Source: a virus (lineage: Duplodnaviria; Caudoviricetes). Taken from it: a DNA stretch of 64,000 nt. Shown piece by piece: positions 10,261-19,837 of the stretch. Made by a program: the position numbers and the translations under genes. The DNA lies in the IMG/VR virus record IMGVR_UViG_3300018494_000083. One strand, written 5' to 3'. The notes under the pieces are model-generated. The model did not search any database, was not told where the DNA came from, and saw only the letters and a list, made by a program, of their open reading frames with translations. The stretch's first letter is position 1. Each line of letters opens with the position of its first letter.

Positions 10261-11943
10261 TTAAAAGTCATCGTCAAGGAAGTCGTCGAGTGTATCATTC
10301 TTAGAACGATCATCGTCGTCGTCATCAAGAGTTTCCTTAGTACCAAGATACTGCTGATAATAAGGAAGCATGAGATTGTATAATGTTACGATCAACATCG
10401 GGTTCTCAAATGCCACCTCACAGAAAGTCTTCTTAGAGAAAGGACAATCCTCATGACCAGGAATAACAAACTTGTTACCCTGCTTCTTAACGATATTAGC
10501 GTTGATTGCATTATGGAGAAGAGTCAGAGACTGACTGAATCCATTCTGCTTATCGAAGATCAGTTCGATATCTACATTGGATGCGTTGGTTCTTGACTTG
10601 TAGTATACAGCACTAATGATATTACCATTAATACCATATTCCTTGTCAGGCTTAAGCATTCCCTTATTCTTCAAACGAAGAGTGTTATTGGAAAGGTATA
10701 AGAATGCTCTACCACCGCTAAGTGATTCGTTTTCCATTATCTTCACACAGGTCGTTAATCTGTGCAGTTCATTAAGAACTTCTCTAGGTCACCCTAGAAG
10801 TTGAGACTATATCTCGATCTTTACAGATCCGTTCCATTTCGATTTAAGGGATTCTCACCCACTCACTTGAGCCCTACTCCTATTGCCATTTTAAAGGGTT
10901 GGCTATTTCAGGATAGTCGTTGGACGTTTAATAGATTGGCTCTCCCGATGGGAATTGAACCCATAAAGAGATATTCATAGTGACGTCACTTCTATTATTA
11001 TTACCTCCACCCTTTCCGGTCGGGCGTCTTTACATTTGACCACGGGAGAATATACCATATCTATTACTTCGCTGCTGATTGTCTACTTGAGACTTCCCAG
11101 CAATTAGAAACGTTTCAGTTATAAGTCACCTTATAACTAGGCGAATGTTTCACCTAACCCTACGAGATCCCGCGCCGGTGGGAGGAAGCCCGTCGATATC
11201 TTTCTACTGATCTGGTTGATTACGAAGAGGAGAATGTTTGCTTTCTTACACCAAGGCAAGATCTGCTTAAACATCTCGGAATTGAACTTGGCGTTTCTAG
11301 CACCTGCCATATTATTGGTGGCACTATCAAGACCGTCCATGTTTTTTGTTTCCTCAAGAATAGAACTATCCTCAGAACGCATCACAGCCAAAGAGTCAAT
11401 GATTACGACCGTAGGAATGAGTTTCTTAATAGGAGCACCGTATGTATCCTTAAGATTACTTTGGGTATCCTCAAACTCTTTTCTATTATTGAGTTTCATT
11501 TTTGCATGGTCAAGGAATCTATCTACGATCTGCTCAGCATGGGTATCCTGGTAGATAGCATAGTGATTTCTTACCCATTTGGTTTTCATACCGGTAATGT
11601 TAATTACACGGTTAATATGTGAAGACTGCTCAATATCCTCATGGATAGTGAAAGCATTCTCATATCTGGAAGTGATTGCTACTGCAATCTGTTGGGACAA
11701 TGTGGTCTTACCGAGACCAGGGTCTGCGATAAATGCGGTCATTGTACCATCAACGAGTCCAACGGAATCGTATTCTTCAATACACTCGTCATCATCGTCG
11801 TAAACTTTTACACGTTGACCGTTAACGAAGTCCAAGGGCATAAAACCGGTAGGATATGCAATAGGTGTAGTTGCCTTCATATCCTTGGCTTTCTTCTGCT
11901 CTCTGACATTGTTAAACATTAGAAGTCCTAGTGTCTGAGCCAT
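10261..11943 (-). CDS. recA: RecA/UvsX-like recombinase; spliced (exons 11943-11152, 10734-10261)
   Basis: Walker A ADPGLGKTT, Walker B VIIDSLA, FVINQI. Splicing gives VGLG-ENESLSGGRAFLYLS (cf. RecA ETTTGGNALKFYAS). Confidence 0.9.
10735..11151 (-). mobile_element. Group I intron (417 nt) in recA, carrying a tRNA-like insertion
   Basis: P1 uaggUgaa-aca-uucGccua; conserved core as in the other introns; terminal G at 10735. Confidence 0.9.
10937..11049 (-). ncRNA. tRNA-like element (pseudo-tRNA) nested in the recA intron
   Basis: Acceptor TCTCCCG/CGGGAGA + G-CCA, D-arm GTC-aaatgtaaa-GAC, perfect T-arm ATGGG-TTCAATT-CCCAT; non-canonical anticodon arm and ~44 nt variable region. Confidence 0.75.
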
Positions 11944-12002
11944 GTTGGAACCTCCAATTATATTATATAGAGCAGGGCTTTGACACCCTGCTCATAGATT
12001 TA

Positions 12003-12965
12003 TCAGTTATAACCACCGTCGTGATTGCGGCGGTTATTCTTGTAACTCTTGTTGTTCTGGTAGCGGTTCTTTGCATGATTGCCGCCGGACTTTTTCTTCT
12101 TGTTATTCTGATACTTCTTCATGGGGCGATTGTTCATCTTACCATCATCGTCGTCAGAATCCTTAAAGTCCTTATTGAACTTAGCCTTGTTAAAGTTATC
12201 CTTGTTGCCGCCTCTGTACTCCTTGGTATTGAGCTTATTGTTGGCAATCTTATCGGAGGCATCTGCAGTCTTAACATCCTTGTCGGTGTTATCGTTCTTA
12301 GCCTTCTTAGGATAATCAATATACATAGGCATATTGATGTACTCGAAACGAAGCTTCTCGTCGCTGTTCGAAGTATCGCTGTCCGTGGTATGACCGGCGG
12401 TATTGAATGTGATCTTGCTGAGTCTCTGGAAAGTACCATTGAGGATACCTTCCTTAACGTTAACAACTACATCCTGACCACTGGGTGCGAATGCAATGAA
12501 CGCAATAGACTTTCTGTCTGCATCGATAAACTTCTTGAGAACCTTGACCTGATCACCTTCGAAGGAAGCGTGCATAATAGCCATGTCAGAAACATAGCCA
12601 CAGCAAACAACCATCACAGCGGGATGCTCATCATCAACAGGAACAAGAATTGCACGCTCAAGACCGTTAGTCTTGCTAATAATCTTGGATACGCCGAATG
12701 CAATGTCTCTGGGAAGCTGGTAATACTTGAATTCACCTGCATCCTTAACCTGCACAGGGATAAACATGTGCTTCATAACAAAATGGACAGGAATAGACAA
12801 CCAGGTTTCTTCGTTCACATAAATACCAAGCTCAAGAGAAGAAGCCTTACCGGTTTCGGGATTGATTCGCTCTCTTACATACCAACCAGCGGGCTTGTTG
12901 CCGTAAGCGGGGAGAGTGTTGTAGCGAGTTACTCCAGCAAAATGGGGATTTTCAATGATATTCAT
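12003..12965 (-). CDS. Hypothetical protein with Asn/Lys-rich C-terminal tail
   Basis: 320 aa ORF, AAGGAG RBS, phage-like codon use. Confidence 0.8.
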   Translation of the reverse strand: MNIIENPHFAGVTRYNTLPAYGNKPAGWYVRERINPETGKASSLELGIYVNEETWLSIPVHFVMKHMFIPVQVKDAGEFKYYQLPRDIAFGVSKIISKTNGLERAILVPVDDEHPAVMVVCCGYVSDMAIMHASFEGDQVKVLKKFIDADRKSIAFIAFAPSGQDVVVNVKEGILNGTFQRLSKITFNTAGHTTDSDTSNSDEKLRFEYINMPMYIDYPKKAKNDNTDKDVKTADASDKIANNKLNTKEYRGGNKDNFNKAKFNKDFKDSDDDDGKMNNRPMKKYQNNKKKKSGGNHAKNRYQNNKSYKNNRRNHDGGYN

Positions 12966-13006
12966 TAATATAGCTCCTTTGAGTTATTTTGGATAATGAG
13001 GGTTGA

Positions 13007-14149
13007 TTACTTTCTGAGGTACTGGATAATAGAGAAGTCCTTCTTCTCGAGATCCTTAAGTACCTTAGTAAGCTTCGGATAATCATCAGGATGTACAGTG
13101 CCACTACCACCGAAACGGCGAGCAATAGGACCATTCTTCTCCTGACGCTTTCTGTCGTTTACATACTCTTTAAGAACAGACTGGATGTCTTCCTTATCGA
13201 GCGATTCGAGATATTCTCTGATAAGAATATCGATGTTCGCATTGAAATCGATCTCAGCTTCGGAATAGCTTACATCGTTGCGAACCTTTTCAAGCATAAG
13301 GTTCTTAATAACCTTATCCATGTTGTCCTTACCGTAGCAGATCTTGAAGAGCTTAGTAAGGCTCTTGGTAGAAGTAGAGAAGAACTCTTCCGAGTCACTC
13401 TCTTTTCTGATGAACTTAAGTAATTGATAAATGGAGCTAGGATTTCCGCCAGCCGTAATGATGCAAATTCTCTTTGCATTAGCCTTGGACATACTCTTGA
13501 TCTCTTCTGTCAATTTCTTAACTTTCTTCTTGTTATACTTGTATAGGATGTCAGTATAACTTCTTCTCATAGACTCAACTGCTTCAGATCCATAGAGCTG
13601 GATGAGCTTCTTGTCATACGAGGAATTGAGGAAAATGAGGATCTCTTCCATGAGATAGCCAAGTTCTTTACGACTAAAGCTGTCATTTTCATCATACTTT
13701 TTACCAAAGATATCAGTAAGCGCATCCGGAATTGCCGAAGCTACTACGATATCTGCGAGAAGTTTCTGTACATAGGAAGCCTTGTAAGCTTGGTCAGGAT
13801 TCTTTCGTACAGACTTAAGGTCCTTGATCATAATGATAAGTCCATCTTTTCTTACGAGAAGATCGAGGACATCGTCACGATCATAAACCTTATCATTGCG
13901 GAAAATTTTGCAGACAGGGTTGTTCCACTGCTGATTATTATTTCCCCCATTGTTTTGACCATTCTGGTTACCGTTGTTGTTACGGTTCTGGTCGTTTCTG
14001 TTGTTCTGATGACCATTGTTATTGCGATCAGAACGGCGATCATCGTTGCGACGATCGTCATGACCATGGTGATTCTGACTCTTGTTATCGTCGTCATCTA
14101 CATAGTCCGTGCCGGAAAACATTAACATGTGATTTACATCACGTCCCAT
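13007..14149 (-). CDS. Hypothetical protein with Asn/Asp-rich N-terminus
   Basis: 380 aa ORF, GGAGG RBS, upstream promoter motif at ~14191. Confidence 0.8.
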   Translation of the reverse strand: MGRDVNHMLMFSGTDYVDDDDNKSQNHHGHDDRRNDDRRSDRNNNGHQNNRNDQNRNNNGNQNGQNNGGNNNQQWNNPVCKIFRNDKVYDRDDVLDLLVRKDGLIIMIKDLKSVRKNPDQAYKASYVQKLLADIVVASAIPDALTDIFGKKYDENDSFSRKELGYLMEEILIFLNSSYDKKLIQLYGSEAVESMRRSYTDILYKYNKKKVKKLTEEIKSMSKANAKRICIITAGGNPSSIYQLLKFIRKESDSEEFFSTSTKSLTKLFKICYGKDNMDKVIKNLMLEKVRNDVSYSEAEIDFNANIDILIREYLESLDKEDIQSVLKEYVNDRKRQEKNGPIARRFGGSGTVHPDDYPKLTKVLKDLEKKDFSIIQYLRK

Positions 14150-14190
14150 TGTTATTCCTCCCTTGAGTTATTTTTAGCTTGGTCATACTT

Positions 14191-14202
14191 ATAATGTATA
14201 TC
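14191..14202 (-). promoter_or_regulatory. Recurrent phage promoter motif TATACAYYAT (example)
   Basis: Same motif upstream of and co-oriented with genes at ~818, 7520, 17232, 27213, 35998, 43195, 44017, 47572, 52260 (minus) and 59552 (plus). Confidence 0.7.
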
Positions 14203-14265
14203 CCAATATAAAATTGTTTCTGGGTCATTAAAATCGAAGAAGATCTAATATTACAGACTAAAGAT

Positions 14266-15541
14266 ACCATGATATACCTGCCATTCAAACCACTCATCTG
14301 TACTAATTCCGGACCATGCAATCATAACACATCTCCCATCTTGTATATCATAGTTATAGGTTCTAGCACCTGGAGTAGCACCATACTTTTCATTAGGTGC
14401 AGATTCTCCACTCTTTCCACTTTTCTCAATATATACCGGTATTTGGCTATACCAGCTACGAATATTCTGACTGACCCACTCAGTTATTGCTCCATTCCAC
14501 GGAGTAAGCAAACACGGGCAGTATCATAAGGCAATATATTTTCAACAATATTACCATTAGAACCGATTAAGAATATGAATTGACTATACCAGTGCTTAAT
14601 ATTTTGTATTACCCAGTCATCTATATTACTCATCCATGGAGTAATTCACCAACTAGTTTAGATGATGGATTATATGATAGACATGTGCCATTGTTGTAAA
14701 TAGACATTATCTGATCTAGACTATATGTGCTGGTTGATTCATTTCGTGGAGTAAGTGCGTACCATTTATGCTAATTCCAGGATGTCTCAATGTTCTAGTT
14801 CCAGCTAAATAGATTATAAGCCAGTTATAATCTGTTGGATCCGTAGATTCAAGTAAATAAACTGGAGTAGATTTCACCACTTGCACTTTACGAAGTCATA
14901 TTCTTATTCATAGCTTGACCATAAACATGAATTTTATTTGTTATTTTACATTCTTTATCATTTTGAAAATATGGAGTCGTCATACTGATAATAGCAGATC
15001 CAACCCATACCTACATAATAATCATATATTACAAACATATCATCGCTAAATGATTGAGTATATGGTGGCAGATATGCACTACTTGGAGTCCATACGAACT
15101 AGTTGTCATATCATTATTGAAATCTCCTGTATCTCGTATTAAGCAAATTAAGTTATTCAACCAGGTATTTCCAGCAGAGGATAACCATCTTGGAGTTAAT
15201 CACCTGCACCAGTTCGTTCACCGACCCAGTGTCCCTGATATGTATAACTGGATCCAGCCCAATTAATTCCAGCTATCCTATTTATTTCTTTTTGATGTTC
15301 GGATTCTGGAGTAGATATTCACCAATTGCGGTGTATGAACTATATCCCCAGTCTTTTAATATGGATAATCCAGTTATATCTTCATAAGCAAACTTTCCTT
15401 GTTCAATATTGATCAAAGATGGAGTAATCCACCAATGTGAGCATTTACGGAATACGTGTGATCAAATGCTTCACCAATCTTGACTGTTTTCCAATGTCTA
15501 TGTTCATTATACGTTGACATTTCATGCCTTGCTAACGGAGT
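14266..15541 (-). repeat. Variable-region cassette array B (11 units, ACTCC-anchored)
   Basis: GGAGT on + strand ending at 14376, 14505, 14642, 14752, 14868, 14977, 15089, 15196, 15312, 15425, 15541 (spacing 107-137). Units read TP... in frame and mostly end at Gly; 10/11 stop-free. Confidence 0.9.
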
Positions 15542-15567
15542 CAATTTAAACAAAAAAAATAAAGATT

Positions 15568-15593
15568 GAGAGGTGGGTTTTCCCCCACCTCTC
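15568..15593 (-). terminator. Intrinsic terminator directly upstream of cassette array B
   Basis: GAGAGGTGGG-ttttcc-CCCACCTCTC hairpin with T-tract on the minus strand. Confidence 0.8.
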
Positions 15594-15594
15594 G

Positions 15595-16404
15595 TTATTT
15601 TGTTTGATTCAACATTGTTCCGATATTACGATATCTGTTAGAAACAGTGGTCGGATGTATATTGAATACTTCTGCTGTCTTTTGAATTCCATGTTGACTT
15701 ACACATGAAACAAATGCAAATATCTCAGGCATTGTGTAGCTATCGATTTTCTTATGGAATAACGAATCGACATCTACGCCGTTAAACATAGAATCTTTCA
15801 AGACATCTTCTTTCGGAGTAGTACTTCTAATAAAGCGAATTGCTTTACCGGCTTTGTACTTATCCTTGATTCGTTTAGCTATATCATTAGCTGATGTTGT
15901 GATAGGTTTTGTTTCTTTCTTAGGTTCGTCTTTCTGATTGATTATCAGCACACCCTTAGACTCCCTGGTCTTTCTAACAGACTCGTGATATGTAGGAATA
16001 TTGCTGTACTTCTTAAAGAACTCGTTTCGGTATGCTGTCATCTTGTCCATCGCTTTATCATCTCTGATTATGCGACTCATAAATAATTCAATAACAAGAT
16101 CAAGATACTCGGGAGATACTCGATATGCAAATACTGCATGAGCGTCCATCTGTGAACATGTGATGGGATACATTTTGAACGGGTTCAAATAAGTGTAACA
16201 AACATTTCCTTCTTTGTCACGACTGTGGATTGGTAGATAGTCTGTATAAGCTGACGAGATCGGGACAGTGTAGATAACTTCGGCACCGTCATTAGATATA
16301 ACTAAGTATGGGTGCTCACCGGTTGTACCTGGTGTTGGTTTCTTGTCTTTAATGATATAGACATCACCTTGATGATAACGACTTAGTAAACTTTTGTCAT
16401 TCAT
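15595..16404 (-). CDS. PemK/MazF-like domain protein with C-terminal helix-turn-helix
   Basis: N-terminus GDVYII...GEHPYLVISND...TVPISS resembles MazF GDIY...RPxLVIQND...VAPIT; C-terminus KTAEVFNIHPTTVSNRY is HTH-like. Confidence 0.6.
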   Translation of the reverse strand: MNDKSLLSRYHQGDVYIIKDKKPTPGTTGEHPYLVISNDGAEVIYTVPISSAYTDYLPIHSRDKEGNVCYTYLNPFKMYPITCSQMDAHAVFAYRVSPEYLDLVIELFMSRIIRDDKAMDKMTAYRNEFFKKYSNIPTYHESVRKTRESKGVLIINQKDEPKKETKPITTSANDIAKRIKDKYKAGKAIRFIRSTTPKEDVLKDSMFNGVDVDSLFHKKIDSYTMPEIFAFVSCVSQHGIQKTAEVFNIHPTTVSNRYRNIGTMLNQTK

Positions 16405-16423
16405 TGCTTTTTCCTTTCGATAA

Positions 16424-17164
16424 TTATTTCTCGATGTCTGCGATTGTCATTCCAAACAATTCAGTCATACGAGCATCTATTCTATCAGCATATGCCGCAT
16501 TTGCAGCACTGTCAGTAGAACCATAGTAACGCTGAGCTGCCATCTCATAAGAGCCCCATCTATTATAGAGCCAAGATACCAGCTTTGTAGAGATATCCAT
16601 ATTGAGCTTCCAGTTTTTCATAAGCTCTCTATGGTTATCAATATCATATGTACCACGACGGAGAAGATCCTCATATACCCATTCAGCAGTACCCTTAGTT
16701 ACCTGGCAGTAACCAGTTGCACTACTAGTACTTGCCTGTGCACCAGATCTGAAAGAGCTTTCTGTTGCGATGAGAGCAAGCATGAATTCCATGGGAATAT
16801 CATAAGTCTGGCAGCATTCATAGAGATAAAGCATCTGCTCAGAACCGAAGTCCTGATCATCGTACCATTTCTGCCATTCATATACTGCTGCATACTTTGC
16901 GTCGAGTTGTTCGCTAAGTGTGGGAGTAGGTGTTGTAGTATCGGGGATAGTGGTGTCGGGTTTCGTTGTTGTATCGGGAGTAGTAGATCTTTGAGGTTCG
17001 TCCGAATCAGTTATATCACTGGTATAGTCGGGGATCTCATGTGTGTCAGGAGTGGTGTTCTTAACCACAATGAGCACGATTAATAATGCGACAAGTACTA
17101 CGAGAAGAACTGCGATTGTGGTGATAAAGAATTTGCACCATTTGTTGAACTGTGTTTGTGTCAT
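16424..17164 (-). CDS. Membrane-anchored lytic transglycosylase (SLT domain)
   Basis: N-terminal TM helix, Thr/Pro linker, LALIATESSF catalytic Glu motif, SATGYCQV. Confidence 0.85.
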   Translation of the reverse strand: MTQTQFNKWCKFFITTIAVLLVVLVALLIVLIVVKNTTPDTHEIPDYTSDITDSDEPQRSTTPDTTTKPDTTIPDTTTPTPTLSEQLDAKYAAVYEWQKWYDDQDFGSEQMLYLYECCQTYDIPMEFMLALIATESSFRSGAQASTSSATGYCQVTKGTAEWVYEDLLRRGTYDIDNHRELMKNWKLNMDISTKLVSWLYNRWGSYEMAAQRYYGSTDSAANAAYADRIDARMTELFGMTIADIEK

Positions 17165-17306
17165 GATTTCTAATTTCCTTTCTCTTATATGACATCAAAA
17201 TTTATCAGTGATTCACTGATCCTTTCACAATTATAATGTATAATCTATACCTTCCAAAACCCAAAAAAATGAGAGTATAGGATTTCTCCTATACTCTCTA
17301 ATTATT

Positions 17307-17480
17307 TTATTCAGGTTTCTTGACGTCAGTCTTCTGAGCGAGTTCGTGATCACCGATGGATTTACCGTACGCACACTCGGTCATAGAAGACAGCTCACCT
17401 TTTGCAAGGGAAGCCTCAAACTCAGCCATACGGGCTTTATTGAGCTCATCAAGAGTTGTAGGTTTCTTATTGTCTTGCAT
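17307..17480 (-). CDS. Small hypothetical protein (57 aa, MQDNKKPTTLDELNK...)
   Basis: Manually read; AGGAGG RBS; below the ORF-track size cut-off. Confidence 0.6.
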   Translation of the reverse strand: MQDNKKPTTLDELNKARMAEFEASLAKGELSSMTECAYGKSIGDHELAQKTDVKKPE

Positions 17481-17492
17481 GGTTGTTCCTCC

Positions 17493-18272
17493 TTATGAAC
17501 GTCCTTCCTTACGGTCAAGCGTACGAGCTTTCTCATACTGATCATTGATCGTTCTGGGAAGAATACCGTTCTTAGTGACAAGGTCAGTCTCAAGACCGGC
17601 AGCCGTAAAGTATACATTTGCAGTATTAAGACTTGTCTTGTTCATTTTATTGTCTGTGAGATCTTCAAGAGAAACAGATCCAGTGGTAGCGATTTGATGT
17701 TCCATCTCTGTACGCATCACAGGGTCGCCACCTCTAGGACCAAACATCTCTTTCAGAATGTTTTTAGATCCCTGACAGATCAAAGCGTACTGCTCGACAT
17801 CTGAAATACGAGCCGCTTTAGATTCCATAGAAACCTGACCTGTTTTAGGATCTCGCTTTTCGACATTGGTCGGAATGTGAGTTTTATGATTAACTACCTG
17901 TTGAACTCTACGCATGTTAATGTAACCGTTATAGATCTTATTAACAGAGACTACAGGATGCTCAGGATCATCAGATATGTGCGGGAATGCAATATAATCG
18001 AATAGATGGCAGTACTTATCGCCAACAATGTTATTTGCCGCGTCTTCAACCATCTCGTAAGAAGGCTCATTAACGAAAGCCTCTAGCTCAAGATACAGAT
18101 GTTTCTTGGGATCATTAACAAGAGTAGTGAAGTATGCGATGAACTGAGCGTCGCTCATTGCAGCAGTCTTAGCAAGGAAATTATCGGAATTCTTCTTGCT
18201 AGGGTCTAACTGATTGTAGAGATCAACTAAGAACTTTGTGATTTTAGTTCGTTTTTCTCGGATTGTAGCCAT
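17493..18272 (-). CDS. Second RNA polymerase beta-like C-terminal fragment (probably of the second, e.g. virion, RNAP)
   Basis: DPKTGQVSMESKAARISDVEQYAL...KEMFGPRGGD resembles RpoB [25 protein letters not shown]...QEMLTVKSDD. Confidence 0.7.
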   Translation of the reverse strand: MATIREKRTKITKFLVDLYNQLDPSKKNSDNFLAKTAAMSDAQFIAYFTTLVNDPKKHLYLELEAFVNEPSYEMVEDAANNIVGDKYCHLFDYIAFPHISDDPEHPVVSVNKIYNGYINMRRVQQVVNHKTHIPTNVEKRDPKTGQVSMESKAARISDVEQYALICQGSKNILKEMFGPRGGDPVMRTEMEHQIATTGSVSLEDLTDNKMNKTSLNTANVYFTAAGLETDLVTKNGILPRTINDQYEKARTLDRKEGRS

Positions 18273-18290
18273 ATTTACTACCTCTATTTA

Positions 18291-18629
18291 TCAGTTGTTG
18301 TTATCGAATTCTCGGATTTCATTTATTCCCATGCCAACAATTCCTGGTGACTGGTCCGAATCCGATGCTTGGTAATGTGCTTTAGGATTCTTCGGAAACA
18401 TAAATTCCAACATAGCAAAATTAGCCACATCAACAAGGAATTCAGTATTTCCGGTTTCTTCATATTTCTGAAGTCGAAGCTTGAGTGACTCAATAGCATC
18501 GATATAGTTTTGCTTATAGTTGATACTAGCCTTTCCGTATTTATAGAAAGATGTCACCATAGCCTTCTTTCTGAGATCATCGAATCTCTCCGAATACTCA
18601 GTCTTAAGAATTTCATCATAACTTGCCAT
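18291..18629 (-). CDS. Hypothetical phage protein
   Basis: ORF with GGAGGT RBS before MASYDE. Confidence 0.75.
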   Translation of the reverse strand: MASYDEILKTEYSERFDDLRKKAMVTSFYKYGKASINYKQNYIDAIESLKLRLQKYEETGNTEFLVDVANFAMLEFMFPKNPKAHYQASDSDQSPGIVGMGINEIREFDNNN

Positions 18630-18634
18630 TGGAA

Positions 18635-18997
18635 TCACCTCCTTCGGAACTCTTGGCACTCAAAGCCTGCATTGTTGAGCCATTCTGCCACAATGTGTCT
18701 GTGACAAAAGCCCGAACGTTCATAGCAGACTAGTGCAATATTCATGGATTTAGATATATGGCGAAGCTCCCCAACGACAATCTCTGGATCCAAAGGTTCG
18801 AGCACTTCAGATTTGAAATGCTTTACATAGAAATTGTTATCGTGATCGCGTTTCCACGCCATAAAAAATCCAGGTTTAGGAGCAAGTTTTTTGTATTGGA
18901 TTCCATCCCATCCATCAGGTGCATTCAGACAAATAGATATCGGAACTACATCAGATGGGAGATTTTTCACATTAGCAAAATAGGTTGTGTATATCAT
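18635..18997 (-). CDS. DUF488-like protein
   Basis: MIYTTYFA..., LAP, ALVCYE...FCHRHIVAEWL pattern. Confidence 0.75.
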   Translation of the reverse strand: MIYTTYFANVKNLPSDVVPISICLNAPDGWDGIQYKKLAPKPGFFMAWKRDHDNNFYVKHFKSEVLEPLDPEIVVGELRHISKSMNIALVCYERSGFCHRHIVAEWLNNAGFECQEFRRR

Positions 18998-19017
18998 TGG
19001 TTTCCTCCAATGTATGA

Positions 19018-19785
19018 TTACAGCATTGCCTTAGCGTCCTTTACTTTTCCATTAAGAAAAACTCTAGGTCTATCCTTGGAAGCAGGTTTACAACCCATAG
19101 TCTCACCATATCCACCATAACTGAGGTTGGCAGATGTATTGACAAACAGCTTAGTTACAGGTGCAACTGAGCTATTGCTGAATGAGACTCTATAGAAATC
19201 TTCCTTGGTAATAATAGGCAAATGTGTATGAGAATGGATGTAAACATCGGCATCCACAATAGCAGCCAAATCACAAAGACGAATAATCTTTGCACCTTCT
19301 TTACGACCGCCACCAGAACCATGAGTAGCATAAACCGTATACAGATGTTTACGATTACGATCATTGGTTCCAAAGCGGATAAAGAGCAGTGTAGCTACAG
19401 GTGAATACTTAGCACCAAGACCAAGATTGTTGGCAATGACATAACCAGGGTCAATGCCTTCTTTCTTATAGGTACGTGCTTCATGGTTACCACCATTACT
19501 AAAGAGAATCTTATGCTTGATAGGCATAAATAATTCAGTAGCCAGATCAATCTGTCCCTGAGGATTCAGGGTTTCAGAATAAGTATCGCTTACCGAGGTT
19601 TTAGTAGCATTATTAATAATGTCTCCATTGAGAACGGCATATACATTGTCATGGGTTCTGACGTATTCTATTCTCGCTTTGAGATGATCTAAGTCACAGG
19701 CAGGATCACCGATATGTTCATCAGCAAAGAGTGAAATCTCGAGTTCCTCGAGTGTCTTAGGTAAATCACATTTTAATACTTGCAT
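19018..19785 (-). CDS. Calcineurin-like metallophosphoesterase
   Basis: DEHIG, GDIINN, GNHE, THG, HSHTH motifs. Confidence 0.88.
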   Translation of the reverse strand: MQVLKCDLPKTLEELEISLFADEHIGDPACDLDHLKARIEYVRTHDNVYAVLNGDIINNATKTSVSDTYSETLNPQGQIDLATELFMPIKHKILFSNGGNHEARTYKKEGIDPGYVIANNLGLGAKYSPVATLLFIRFGTNDRNRKHLYTVYATHGSGGGRKEGAKIIRLCDLAAIVDADVYIHSHTHLPIITKEDFYRVSFSNSSVAPVTKLFVNTSANLSYGGYGETMGCKPASKDRPRVFLNGKVKDAKAML

Positions 19786-19837
19786 ATAGAAACACCTCAC
19801 TTATTGTAGATCTGTGCTACTCCGTGTGTTGGGTGTG

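Noticed and set aside
10937-11049. Functional decoding tRNA
   Set aside because: The anticodon arm is non-canonical and no anticodon can be assigned confidently; kept as tRNA-like.
14888-14890. Stop-codon reassignment in this phage
   Set aside because: Conserved genes are intact under the standard code once introns are removed, and TAA is a common terminator here.
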